From Camelus dromedarius (taxonomy: Eukaryota): 64,000 bases of DNA. The notes under the pieces are model-generated. The model was not told the origin of the DNA, made no database searches, and worked only from the letters and a program-made list of their open reading frames with translations. The translations under genes were made by a program, and so were the position numbers. The stretch spans positions 19,282,001 through 19,346,000 of the forward strand of contig NC_087469.1 in the NCBI RefSeq assembly GCF_036321535.1, written 5' to 3'. Shown piece by piece: positions 47,151 to 58,750 of this stretch. The first letter of the stretch is position 1; each line of letters begins with the position of its first letter.

Positions 47151-48832
47151 GAACCCCTGCCCCAACCTGTTCTGGGCTCCAGGTCACCAGGTACTGGCAC
47201 CGCCTGTATCTGACCACGGTTGTGGCCAAGAGGCCTCCGGGGACCTGCCGACAGCTGGTCCCACGGTCCTCGCTGTGACTCGGGTTGTGCACTGCTCCCC
47301 CCTCATCGGGAGGCGCTTACGCTCTCAGGCAGCACCTCTCATCTCTTTCTGAGGATAAAACCCTAACATTCTCCCCAAGTCTAGAGTAAACTGGCACCCC
47401 CACGGAGCTCTCGCCGACCACGTTTCCTGCAGCACCACCGCTCCCCCAAGATCACCCCACTAAATTGGCGCCCCGCGGGGCTACGCGTGGATGCTCCGCT
47501 CTGACCTCCTGCGCTGACGGCACACGGCTTACAGGGGCTCAGGCTACGGTGGTCTTTCTGAAGCTTGACGATGACCCCCGCAGGGCCCCAGCAGAGCTGG
47601 CACAACGTGAGCAAGACGACTGGATAACGTATCTAAACGAGCTGCTCAGTCTGAGGGTCTGCACAGGCCTCACCACCTCGTCTCCCTGGGTTACTCAGAG
47701 CGCAAGGGCCTGTGCTCGCACCGCGGGGGCAAGGACACGTGGGGACCCGGCCAGGGCTGCGCAGACACAGGTCACAGGAGGAGTGAGGTTACTGCTAAGG
47801 TAACATCACCCACGGCTGCTAACAGCCTTGTAGAGGTTAAGTGTGTGGCGTGAACGTATAGCACGGATCTGGGGCCCGGATTTCACCATGAAGCTAATTC
47901 GATTCAGGAGACGTTCACTGGACAGCTTCTGCTGCAAAAATGCACGACTTGCTCTGCCCCCAAAGGGCTTCCCGTAATCAGAATAACATCAGCGCCTGAC
48001 GAGTCCTTAGAGGGGTCTAACCAGCTCGTCCTGTAACAGAGAACGCAGAGCCCAGAGAGGGGACGTGACTGGCCGACGGCCACACAGCTCTCTGAGCAGA
48101 TCCGGCACCAGGACCACGGTCTGCCCATCGTACCCGCCCCCTAGGATCACAGAAACCGACGGAGCCGTTAGTGAGGAAGCAAAGTGCTCAGGCCGTCCAG
48201 GGCGTTGTTCCGACGGAGAAGTCCACGGAACACCACGCCCCTTCGGTCTCGGCCGAAACCACCGTTTATTTAAAAGTTCCATCCAGGTGTGAGCGATCGG
48301 CTGGGACGACAAGTGCAGCATTGGAGGTCTGTCTGCAGCAAGACTGAGAAAACGCTGGAATTTCAACAGGCTGAGATTAGGAAATGTGAAAAGGGGCGGG
48401 GGGAAGTGAAGTCATAGGGGGTGGGGCTCATAACCTTTCAACAAAACAAAGCAAATGTAAGACCTTGGGTCTCCCATCAGAAGTGATACAGCATGCCTAG
48501 GAATTAGTAAGAAATGCAAGGACCCATGTGAACTAAGTTATAAAACATACAAGAGGACACTGAAAGGGCGCCCTGGGTGACAGACGTTGCCATGTTTCTT
48601 CTCTGATCAAAGCGTCCTCCTGCAGCGAGGACCTGGACCCCTCGCCCCATCTTACTGAAGACTGTGCTGGCCACGCATCACCATCAGGTTTCTCTCTGTC
48701 CTGGGTGAGCCCTCCCACCCTGAAAACACACTGTAGTATCACCCAGGTTTTTAAAAGCAAAATAAAAGAAGGCCCCTTTGCCATGCCACACCTTCCAGCA
48801 ACACGTCCCCAGACAGGGGCCTTTGGTCAGTG

Positions 48833-49415
48833 CAGCCAGGCCTCGCCATGCACGGGTTCCACTCATGCAAATCCGTCTGTTGGCTACAAGTTGCCTGTGG
48901 CCCCAGAATCAACACCCCCAGCACGTCTGCAGGCCCCCGTGGGCACGTGCGGAGCAGCACGGACTCTGACTCACGACCTCTCGTCTCAGCGACCACATGC
49001 TAAGCAAGTGTCCTTTCCTTAGAATACTTAGCACCACATTTCCCCCATTTTGGTGCCGTTTGTTGGTGATTCCACTGTTTAAAACAGCCCCCAATCACAG
49101 TGCTGAAGTGCCTTCTAGAGTCCCCGAGAGCAAGAAAGCCGACAGGCGCCTTCTGGAGAAGATGTGTGTCCGATAACTCCGTTCGGGTATAAGCTTCAGT
49201 GCTTTTGGCCGTGACTTCAGTGGTAATGAATCAATACGGTGTCCTCACCAGAAACGGGTGCGATTTCTGTGCGGATCAGCCGAGGGAGGGCTGTAGCCAG
49301 AGGGTCCCAGGAATGTGACCTCAGCCCCTCCGGGAGCAGCGGTCCCACAGTCGCGGACACAGTGTCCGCAGGGACTCTGCGGAATAAAGCCACTGCCACC
49401 GGCGAGCGTGGGCTG
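48833..49415 (+). mobile_element. MER82-like TcMar-Tigger non-autonomous DNA transposon, near full length
   Basis: Termini CAGCCAGGCCTCGCCATGCACGGG and CGGCGAGCGTGGGCTG (degenerate TIRs). 49084-49236 translates, with one frameshift, TAPNHSAEVPSRVPESKKADRRLLEKMCV/LRSGISFSAFGRDFSGNESI, the Tigger/CENP-B-type N-terminal HTH. Confidence 0.85.
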
Positions 49416-49599
49416 GGTCTCAGCTTCGTCATGCCCCTTCTGTCCTCAATGGCCGTCAAGCTTCTGAGCTCAGCACCTCACTTCAGTGACCCCGGGAAAG
49501 GTTCCCCATCACCGGTTCCCTGCTCTCACCCAGCCTGGCTGTCACCACGTCCCTAAGGGGCCACCTCTTCTCAAATCCCCTCCTCGTCTTACTCAGAGC

Positions 49600-50700
49600 T
49601 ACACCGCCATCTCCTTCCCGCCTCAGTCCCTGACCCTTCACAGCCGGCTTTGCCGTCTCACCCTCCACGTGGGCGTCCTCAGACCTCGTGGGCCTCTCCC
49701 TGGGGAACCTCGTCCAAACCGGAGGCTTAAGGGCAGCCGTGCACTGAGGGTCCTCAGAGCCCTGATCTCCACCCCTGGCCTCCAGCAGAACCCTCCCCAG
49801 TACACAGGACGCCAACCTCCGTCCTGACGCCCCTGCTCGGATGGTGACTCTGAGCAAACACAGCGCCCACAGAGGACTGCGGGTGGACTGTGCCCCCCTC
49901 TCCCATCTTCCTGTTGGGGCCGTTTCTCAGCCTGAAGTCATTGCAGCCACGCCTCGTCCCTGGCCCCTCATTCCCCACAGCACGTGCGTCGGAAAGCTCT
50001 CCAGCCCGTCTTCCAGAATATACGCCGAACCCGCTGGCATCTCTCACCTCCACTGCTCCCCGGGCCGCCACCTTCTGCCCTGATCACACAGCCACCCCTG
50101 AATGCCTGTCTCTCCTCTCCTTACACACACGTCGCCTCCTCTTGTCACAGAAACCAGAGTGAGCTGCTCAGTCATAAACGGAACCGCACCCCTCACACAA
50201 CCCCTCCACAGGCTCTCAGTCGTGTTTAGAATAACGTCCAAACCCCTCACTGCGGCCCAGAGACCCTGCGTGAGTGCGTCTTGTCTCCTTCTCTGATCAC
50301 TCGCACACGCTCCCCGCCGGCCTTTTTCAATCTCTCGAAGCCGACAAGGAGGTGCCCACGTGGGGCCTCTGCCCAGCGGTTCTCTCCAGGCCCTCCCAGG
50401 TTTTTCCTTCCATGTCTGCCTGTGATCAGGCCTCAGCGAAAACGTCACGCTCAGCGAGGCTTCCGAGTGAACGACCCACAGCAGACACTCCCTCTTGGCC
50501 CTGCTCTGTTATACACACCGTCGCCGAATTCACCCCGTTCGAAGTGGGCGTGACCCTCTGCTCACCCCCACCTTCCCGACCTCGCCCCAGGACGCAAGTG
50601 TCTGTAAGAGCCGGAACTCGGCGGTCTTGCCCGTCCCAGAGCCAACGGCCGTTTCTGGCACATAACAGACTAAATAAACACCGACTGGATGTGCGGACTT
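49600..50700 (+). mobile_element. L2 LINE 3' region, sense, degenerate
   Basis: Pyrimidine-rich L2 landmarks: CTCTCCCTGGGGAACCTCGTCC, CACAGAAACCAGAGTGAGCT, TTTAGAATAACGTCCAAACCCCT, and terminal CTAAATAAACACCGACTGGATG. Confidence 0.75.
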
Positions 50701-51081
50701 ACTGGGAAGTCTCGGTACGGTGGGCATGCTCGCTCTGTGTGCGCGCGTGTGCGTGTGTGTGCACATTTAAAGTAACCTAAATCCAAATCCCAGTGAGCCT
50801 GTGCTTGGCTGATCGATAAGAAATTAGTTTGGAGGAACATTTATTAAACTAACCAAGCTGCCATAATCACAAGCACTCCGGTTCAGTCGTGGGGACACAT
50901 AGATCAATGGCGTCTGAGTGACAGTCCAGAAAGAGACTCGTGCGTGTGGGAGCTCGGCGGACGGCAAAGTGACTGTCGTGCTAGTGGGGCCTTGGGGGCC
51001 TCACATACGTACGTTGGTGGCTTAAGATCAGCCGTGGAAGAAGGTTTGGACCCTGGAATCACCAAATGCTTCAGATCAGGG

Positions 51082-51670
51082 GTTATTTTTACGACTTACT
51101 TATTCAGAGCAGTTTTACATTCACAGCAAAGCTGAAAGGAGGATTCAGAAACTTCCCTAAAGCCCCTGCCCCACACACGCTCAGCCTCCCGGATTATCAG
51201 CACCCACCCCCCCCGGATGGTACGTTTGGTGCAGCTGAACCCGCGTGGACCCAGCGTCACCCAGAGTCCAGTTTAAACGGGGCTCGCTCCTGGTGTGTAT
51301 TCCCCGGGCTTGGACAGGTGTGGAGGACGTGCGTCCGTCGCTACAATGTCACGCAGGGCAGTTTCGCTGCCCTGAGAGCCCTCTGGGCTGCGCCTCCCCC
51401 AGCGGCCGGCCGCCACGGACCCTTCACTGGCTGCAGTTTCCCGTTCTAGAAAGCCCCACAGCTGGAGTGCACAGTATTTGGCCTTGTCAGATCGGCGTCC
51501 TTCCCTCAGCAATATGCATTTATGTTGTTTTTTTTTCCCGTGTCTTTTTTCATGGTTTAATAGCTCGCTCCTTCTCAGCACTGAGTAACAGCCACTGTCT
51601 GGACGGACCACAGTCCACTCACTCACCGCTGAGGGACATCTTGGTCACCTCCAAGTTTTGGAAATTATAA
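51082..51670 (-). mobile_element. L1MC1/2-type 3' end, antisense
   Basis: TTCAGAGCAGTTTTACATTCACAGCAAAGCTGA...CCCAGAGTCCAGTT...CCTCAGCAATATGCATTTA...GCTGAGGGACATCTTGGTCACCTCCAAGTTTTGGAAATTAT. Confidence 0.85.
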
Positions 51671-51830
51671 GTCAGGGTTTGTTTCTCCGCCTTCAGAAAG
51701 CTGGCTGTCACCAGCACACCACTGGGCCAGGGACCCACAACAGCAGAAGCTCCGAGGTGGGGCCTGGAAATGAGATGGTGCGAGGCCGTGACGCTCCGCC
51801 GACACCGCGCCCCTGGGACTTCCATCCGGG
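51668..51830 (-). mobile_element. Possible MLT1-family LTR fragment, antisense
   Basis: GCTGGCTGTCACCAGCACACCACTGGGCCAGGGACCCACAACAGCAGAAG resembles an antisense MLT1 3' end. Confidence 0.45.
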
Positions 51831-54800
51831 CACGCGTGAACGGCGGGTTAACTCCAAAGGACCTGCTTTTTTTGTACGCAGCTCAGTGTTTTCCTCATGC
51901 TGTGAGTCTTCGTGTTTAGATCCCAGCAACTTTGTTTTATATTCCTGAGTTTCCCCTTCTGCGTCGCATACTCTGTAAGAAGTAAGTTTGGAAGGGACTT
52001 GGCGAGACGGGTTGCGGGGACGAGGCGGCAGCCGGATGCGCGGTCAGAGAAGGCCCCAGAGAGCAGCCGTGGAGCCAGTGTGAGGACGCCCCCAGGAAAG
52101 GCGGGGGCGCTTGCAGGTGCGGCGTCCCTTCTCTGCGCTGGCGCCTGGGCCAGCCCCCCTCGTCTCTGCAGAAAAGATCCCAAACCCGGGCAACGCAGTT
52201 GTTTCCCATTTCAGCTGGAACAAAGGCCAGCACGTGTGCAGTCTTGCTTGCTTCTTTCTGATCACGGAGGCCCCCTGCGAACGTTCCAGACACGCGCCCA
52301 CGTGCAGCAGGCAGGCTGCTTCCTGCCGCGCCCCCGGTGGATCTCTGTTAAAATACAACCTTGAGTCGCCCCCCGTCAGTCCACTTTCACCCCCGGCTCC
52401 CGCCCCCCGCCCCCTCAGAGGTGCCCCACCGTTGCTGGAGTAACCATCACTCGGCTCCCCAGTATGAACTTTGTGGGGTCCCTCTTCACTAGAACGGAGG
52501 CACCACGAAGGCAGGAGCATCGTCTTGTACCGAGCTGAGTCCCGGTGCCGAGAACGGTGCTGACAGAGCAGGCAGGTGTCAGTGAGCGTTCGCGGGATGA
52601 GTGGACGCGTGCAGGTCAGCGTGGGAAGCCCTGAAAGGGAGCTGGGCTCTGAACGTGGGGGGGAGGGGGTGGGCTTATGGCGGGGGCGGGGGGGAGAGGT
52701 GAGGGAGCAGGAACCGTGCAGAAGGCAGCCTGGACGCTCGGCTGGTCCCTGGGTGACTCGCCACCTGGGTGGGGCTGGCTGTCAGCCCACCCTCCTCACA
52801 GCCCATCTCACCACACCCCAGCATCACCTGGTTTAAGAAGGGCCTCCTCCCCTCGTCTTCGGAGGGCGTCACCACACACAGGTGAGGAGAGAAAGCACCT
52901 CCCTGACCCATGGCCCTGTGACGGCCTCCAGGGAGGAGAGCGGAGGGGACAGGCCCACTACCTGGTTATAGCTTAGCTCCCAGGCCAGAACGCTCCCACT
53001 GTCACGCGTCGGTGCCCCTCCCATGGATCCTCCTTTCCGCTTCATCACGGACAGGAGGGGGCCTGGGAGAGACGGAACACGGACCCAGGAAACCACCCGA
53101 CCCAGACGTGACCCAGCGCCGTGGGCTGTGGAGCCCCCCGGGGATGACCCTCCGCCCGGGCACAGGGAGAAATGGGCGAGGCATTTCAAAAGGGGAAGGA
53201 TCGGGCGTTTGCAAGTCAGCGAGCAGAACAGACTCGTCCAGAGAAAATGGGGCCAGAAAAGTAAGAGGATCAGGACCTCAGACGAGGGAAACCCTGGAAC
53301 AGCGGCACGGCGTCCTTCTGCCAGGACTCACGGGCTCCTCCACGCTGGTTAACCCCTAACCGCCGGGGCAGGAGGGGAGCTGCAGTAAGTACGCGTGAAC
53401 CTGCATCTCGCAGTTAACTCGGGAGAGCCAACCCGTGTCCAGATACGCTCGTCCTCGAAGCAGGTGGCCCTCATGACCTCCGTCCTGCTCTAAGAAAACA
53501 CCCAGCCAGGCCACCCTCGTGGAGTCCGTGGACGTGAGGGGTGCAGGCGAGGGGTCCCCACCCCCGAGCTGCCGGCACGGCTGGTGGTGCCCTCCCGCCT
53601 GGTGGCCATGACTGCCAGGAGAGGCCACGTCCCAGGGGGCTCAGTGCTGACCGCCTGCCCTGCCTTTTTCTCCCCCCTTTCAGTACCGAGTCCCAGGAGG
53701 CAAGCTCATTCCAAATCAGCTCTGCATCCTTTCTCAACCGTCGGCCACGGCGAGCGGGTAAGAGCAAAGAGGAGGGACACAAACACCGTGAAGGCTGAGA
53801 TCTCTGGGAGAACGGTGCTCAGAAGACTTTTTTGGACGGCAAACCAAGACAGGGCCCTGAGCCCAGAGAGAGAGGCCATTAGAGACTAAGACACGCCCCA
53901 AGGCTGCAGGAGAACTAAGCCGGAGACAACGACACCAAGCTGCCAAAGGGGGGAAATGGAGAGTAACCCTGGCATTACTATCGGAGAGAAGCAGCGAGCG
54001 GGCAGTTACCGCAGGAGGGCCCAGACTCAGCGCCCACTAAAATCGTGGATGAGTGCTAAGGCGGGATCGTGGAAGTGCCGAGTGCTTGGTGGAGACTCGG
54101 GGGAAATGACCAAGGCTGGGGTCCACGACAGGCAAGAGCCTCTGCTGGACTCAGAGCAGATCCTCAGGGATGCGGGGGCATCACCCACGTGGGCACTGGT
54201 GACCCCAGGCGAACACGCCAGAAGGAGCCACAGGGCTCCAGCCCGGGGCTCGATCAGATCTGCTCCCTCTGGGAAAGGCCAGCCTGTCCCCACCTGGCAC
54301 CTGGGGCAGCTCGCAGCTCTGTCACCCAGAGCCCCACCTCCCACCTGCCGGGAGCCGCACCCATGCTCCCCTGGGGAGGAAGGGGAGAGGAAGCAGCCGC
54401 GCCCGGAGCCCCGCTGGGCAGGCGGCACGTCTGGAGGAGCTGGGCTCTCCTGCTGCCCCTGCCACACGGGTGACATGGCTGTGGAAATAATCAGGGAGCG
54501 AGGATGAACAAAACCGCGCTGGACGTCACCGGCCATTCTGCTGCACGTCCTGCTCCTGAGCACACACGTGTCACACGCTTCCCCACAAAAATGAGCTTAA
54601 CTGCCTAGTGTCTTAGAACTTACAAACATTTCAAGTCAAAACGCTTCTATGACAGCTCTTCTTAATGACCGTTGCCCTGTTGCGTGAACGCAGCGTAAGG
54701 CACTTAACTGCTCCCCTCCTGACGCCCCCTTGGTCACCATTCCCAGGCATCTCTCTGCAGGCCCCTCAATTATTCTGCATAAAGTTCTGCAAGTCGGTTC

Positions 54801-57800
54801 GCTGTGCGAAAGGGTGTATGTGGTATTTTTAAAGCTTTGGATGCTTGTGGCCAGAACGCTCTTCAGAGAGGTGGTGTCGGCCACCAGCCGAATAAAAGTG
54901 GCCTCTTTGTTGCCGAAGCCAACAGGGAGGCCCCGGTGCCTCTGGCTGTGAGGACACTGAAGGGCGCAGGCTACCTCAGGCAGGTCGGTGGAGGAGGGAC
55001 GGCGGAGGAGGCCCTTTAAGAAGGCAGCGCGAGCCATTTCCCTGAAGAGAAGCCCCTGAACAGAAGCTGCAGACTGTCTTAGAAGGAAGACGCTATCTGC
55101 CTGAAACAGCCAGGACCTTTAGCTCAAATCCATTAATCCTCTTTATTACACCCGGTCACCTCTGAGTCTGGAGAAATTATCCACGTCTCCCCACCACCGG
55201 CACATCACGACGGCTGGTCGTTCCCTGGACGGGGGCTCCGAGGCCAGCGGGCTCCCCAGGCTCCGCCCTCTGCCCCGTCAGTTTAGAAGAGAAGATGGGC
55301 CGCACCTGCATAAACCTGGGGCCAGGCTGTGCGGGGCCAGGGCCACGTCTCTGCGCGGGGAGCTGGGGGGCTGCCCTCTTTGTTCCCAACACCCGAGCGG
55401 GTCCAGGCGCTCAGAGTCCAGTCCAGAGTCGGGGCCAGGTCGGGGGCCAGGGCTCCCAGAGCAGCTCGCCCGGCTCCCCTGCGCTCCGCGGGGCTCCAGA
55501 CTGAGGCCCGCAAGGAATAACCAGCGTTCTCCCCGGGCGGCATCAAGGCCACTTGCGGAAGGACCAGCGACAGACAGAAAGGAGACAGACCAGGCAGGAA
55601 AAGCAGGGAGAGGCCAGCGTAAAGGAGGGACGTCTGCATGCACACAGCTAACAGTGACAAACGGGACAGAGCCCACACGCTAAGGTAAAAACTACAACAG
55701 AGGTGCCAATGTCATCAATGTCTACTTAAAAAAGTAACACAAGTGCAGCGGCAGGCGACGCGGCCGCTGAGTGAGAGACTTGGGACCAGAGCAGCACCGG
55801 GAACAAAGCACAGCCCACCAGCAGCCTCTCCCGTGCGGCCTGGGCCCCCAGGACCCCAGACGGCCTCACGTGGTCCCCTCCCTGCCCGTCACCCCCGTGA
55901 TGTGCCGGCAGCGTAACAGCTACTCCAGACCAGGTGGACGGATCTCAGGCACCTGGCGGACGTTCAAACCAGAGGCCGTCGAGCTGGTCGTGAGCCCAGT
56001 TTTCTGTTCCACTTGATACCACGGATGAAGAGAGGAACTGGGAGGGCCCCCAAGAAACCCGATGGGGTGAGTGTCAGAAATTAAACCTCCAAGGAAGAGG
56101 CAGGACGGGGCATGGCCTTGCAGAAATGTTCCCTGTAAGAGGAGCTTCCGTCACCACGGACGGGGCCACGGGCCCGGTGGACACTGTGTCCGATGTCACG
56201 AGAGCTCCAAGTGGCGGGGGCAGCGCCACTGCTGTTGTACAGGTGAGGGAACGAGGCTCTGGCCAGCCCTGCGCTCATCCACGCCCGCAGACCCCAGCCA
56301 GCAATGGGAGGGCCGGCACTCGGCCTCAGATGCGCATGACCACCGCTGTCCGCCACGGTCACTGAGCAAAGAGCAGCCAGCCCCTCCCGACGCCAACCTT
56401 TCTGCTGGACCGGAATCACGCCAACTTTGGCAGGAAGTGGAGAGAGGCCTCTGGAGCCAGCACATCGCAGGGGGGAGGGGGGGCGAGTATCCTTCTATGA
56501 GTTCTATCAGCCGTCCGAACAGTCGAGAAAACACTGCTGTTCTGTTCGCGTTTTCTCCCGCTATTCAAATCTGCTACCATCAACGTGTGATACAATCCTA
56601 ACCAGAACTTACACACGTGTGTACATTTTCATGACCCCCCCGCCCTCCGTGTGCGGGACGGGAACACGAACTCCAGCCACGGCGGAAGTTCACAGCCTTG
56701 GACTTTCCTCGGCCCCCAGGGAAGTGCATTCTTTGAGATTCTTTGAGAATCACACCCAAAGATCGCCCCCATCCGGGAGGCACACCCAGCGACACACGGG
56801 TGAGCACAAGTGTCTCACAGCCTTGGACGAGGGCCGCACACCCATGGCCTGCAGTGGACGGGTTATCTCCAGCCCTGGAAAATCTCCCACGAGGTCAAAA
56901 ACAGATGGTCGACAACGTTGGCAGAAAATAGTAATTTGTCTAAAACCGAAGGATCGATTCATTAGTAGCCTCAGAGAAGAAACAGCAGACTCCTGCTCCC
57001 CCGCATCCGGGTGCCCGAATCAGGGTCCGGACCCGCCTCGCCGTGGCCGCCGCTCAGCCATGACCTGGGGCTGCACTGGCTGCTGTCGCCAAGAGACTTT
57101 GGCCCCTGTCAGCCCCTCTCCCCGACACCATGCTGTTAAAACAGGGGCTGTTTTCCACGTTCAGTCGCTCCAGTGTTGTTTCACTGACATGACGTTTTTT
57201 TCTGGGTGCTCAGTGCCACTCCCAGGCTGGGGGAGGCCAGGCAGGAGCCTCACTCCCCCCACTGCCCCCGCCGCGGGGCGCCCACCAAGGAGCGAACAAA
57301 GCCAGGAGCCCACAGCCAGCCCCGAAGGCTCAGGCCGCCGGACGCCTGGAGGAGAGAAATCACACCGCTCAGGTCCTCCTCCCGCTTCCAGCCAATTTCT
57401 ACTCCCTTTAATTCAGTCCAGCTCCTCCTGACCCCAGCAGGCTGAGTTCCAGAGTTACTTTCAACAGATAGCACCAATTACCAAGGTGCGAAAATAGAAA
57501 CCTCCAAATTTTGAGAACAAACCCAGAGACAGACAGGGACTTAACTAAACTGAGAAGGAAGGTGAGAGAAGAGAGGGGGAGTCTGGGGAGCAGGGGGGTG
57601 GTGGGGGGCAGGGAGGCGGCTGCAGAGATGGCCACCCAGAGGCCCCCAGGACCACAGACGGGTGGGGGGCCGGCGCGTGGACCTGGGACCGTTCTCGCAG
57701 GCCGGTGAGAACTCCAGCTCCACCCCACCGAGCCCTGAACTGGTCAGAGAGCCCTGGGAGCCCAGTTCCCCCCCGCTGGCCGCAGAGGCCTGCAGACTCT

Positions 57801-58619
57801 GCAGGGAGACCCTCGCCCTCTGCAGGGATCTGGTCCAAGGGCGCGGCATGGAGGAGGAGAGCCCCAGGGGCTCCCACAGGCGGCCGGTGGTCACGGGAGC
57901 CAAGCACACCTGGGGCAGGTGGGGGTCACCTCCCCACAGGCTTCCTTGGAGACCCCCACCCCCCTCCCCGTGCCACACAGCCTGGGCCGTCCAAACCCAC
58001 GCCGGGATTCGTAACTCTGTCAAAATTCCCCAAGTACCGGCTAGTTTATGCTTTTTGGTCAAAATTAATTACATGACCTTTTACACTGGCATACTGTCCC
58101 CCACAGAACACAAATGAAGCAGGTGCTCAGGAAATACTTGAAACAACGGTTTAAATAAGGTGTCCACTAAAGCTGGCCTTGTAATTTAAGAAAAAGACGT
58201 TCCCACAGCATTAACAGTAACCCAGTGAGGCCGCCCCCCCTGCCACCAGCTAGATGAGGAGCTACTGGGAAGAACTACCCTCCACACTCCCCCCACCCCC
58301 CAGGGACGGAAAGGGGGCTCCCAGGGAACTCCAGCACCAGGCCCAGCCTGAGTCTCGCGGGCCTGTGCCCTCTCCCCAGCAGTCAGTGACCCCTGGACCG
58401 GGCACCCTGGGCCTCGCAGAAGCCAGCCGCCCTTCCTCCCTCACCCACCAGGTGCCTGCCCGGCACGGGCTCCAGCCTGCCCCCCCGTCCCCTGGGCACC
58501 CTACCTGCCCTTCCTGCGGGAGCCGCTCCACCTGTCCCGAGAGCCCGGCGTCCTCCTCCCCACCTCCCCTGACCCCCAGGCTCCGCCCCGCTCGGCGTCC
58601 GCGTCTGGTCGTGGACTGT

Positions 58620-58750
58620 AAACCACACAGTGGGCGGGAGCTTGCCCCCTCCGGACTCGAGACCGGGGCTTGAATCCTGATCAACAGCTGACCTGTGGTT
58701 TTCTTTAACTTTCCTGTCTGTTTCCTAATCTGCCACGTGTGGAAAACCGG
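58620..58750 (+). mobile_element. MIR SINE fragment
   Basis: CCGGACTCGAGACCGGGGCTTGAATCCTGA...GACCTGTGG...TTAACTTTCCTGTCTGTTTCCTAATCTG. Confidence 0.6.

Noticed and set aside
47888-47977. 29-codon ORF with CACCATG context (MKLIRFRRRSLDSFCCKNARLALPPKGFP)
   Set aside because: Too short, no promoter or splice support, no recognisable homolog.
56610-56623. Perfect 14-bp palindrome TACACACGTGTGTA
   Set aside because: Low-complexity (CA/TG) origin and too short to imply a structure or function.
56427-57431. 334-aa ORF (+ strand)
   Set aside because: Non-ATG start, no recognisable motif or homolog, no convincing splice context.
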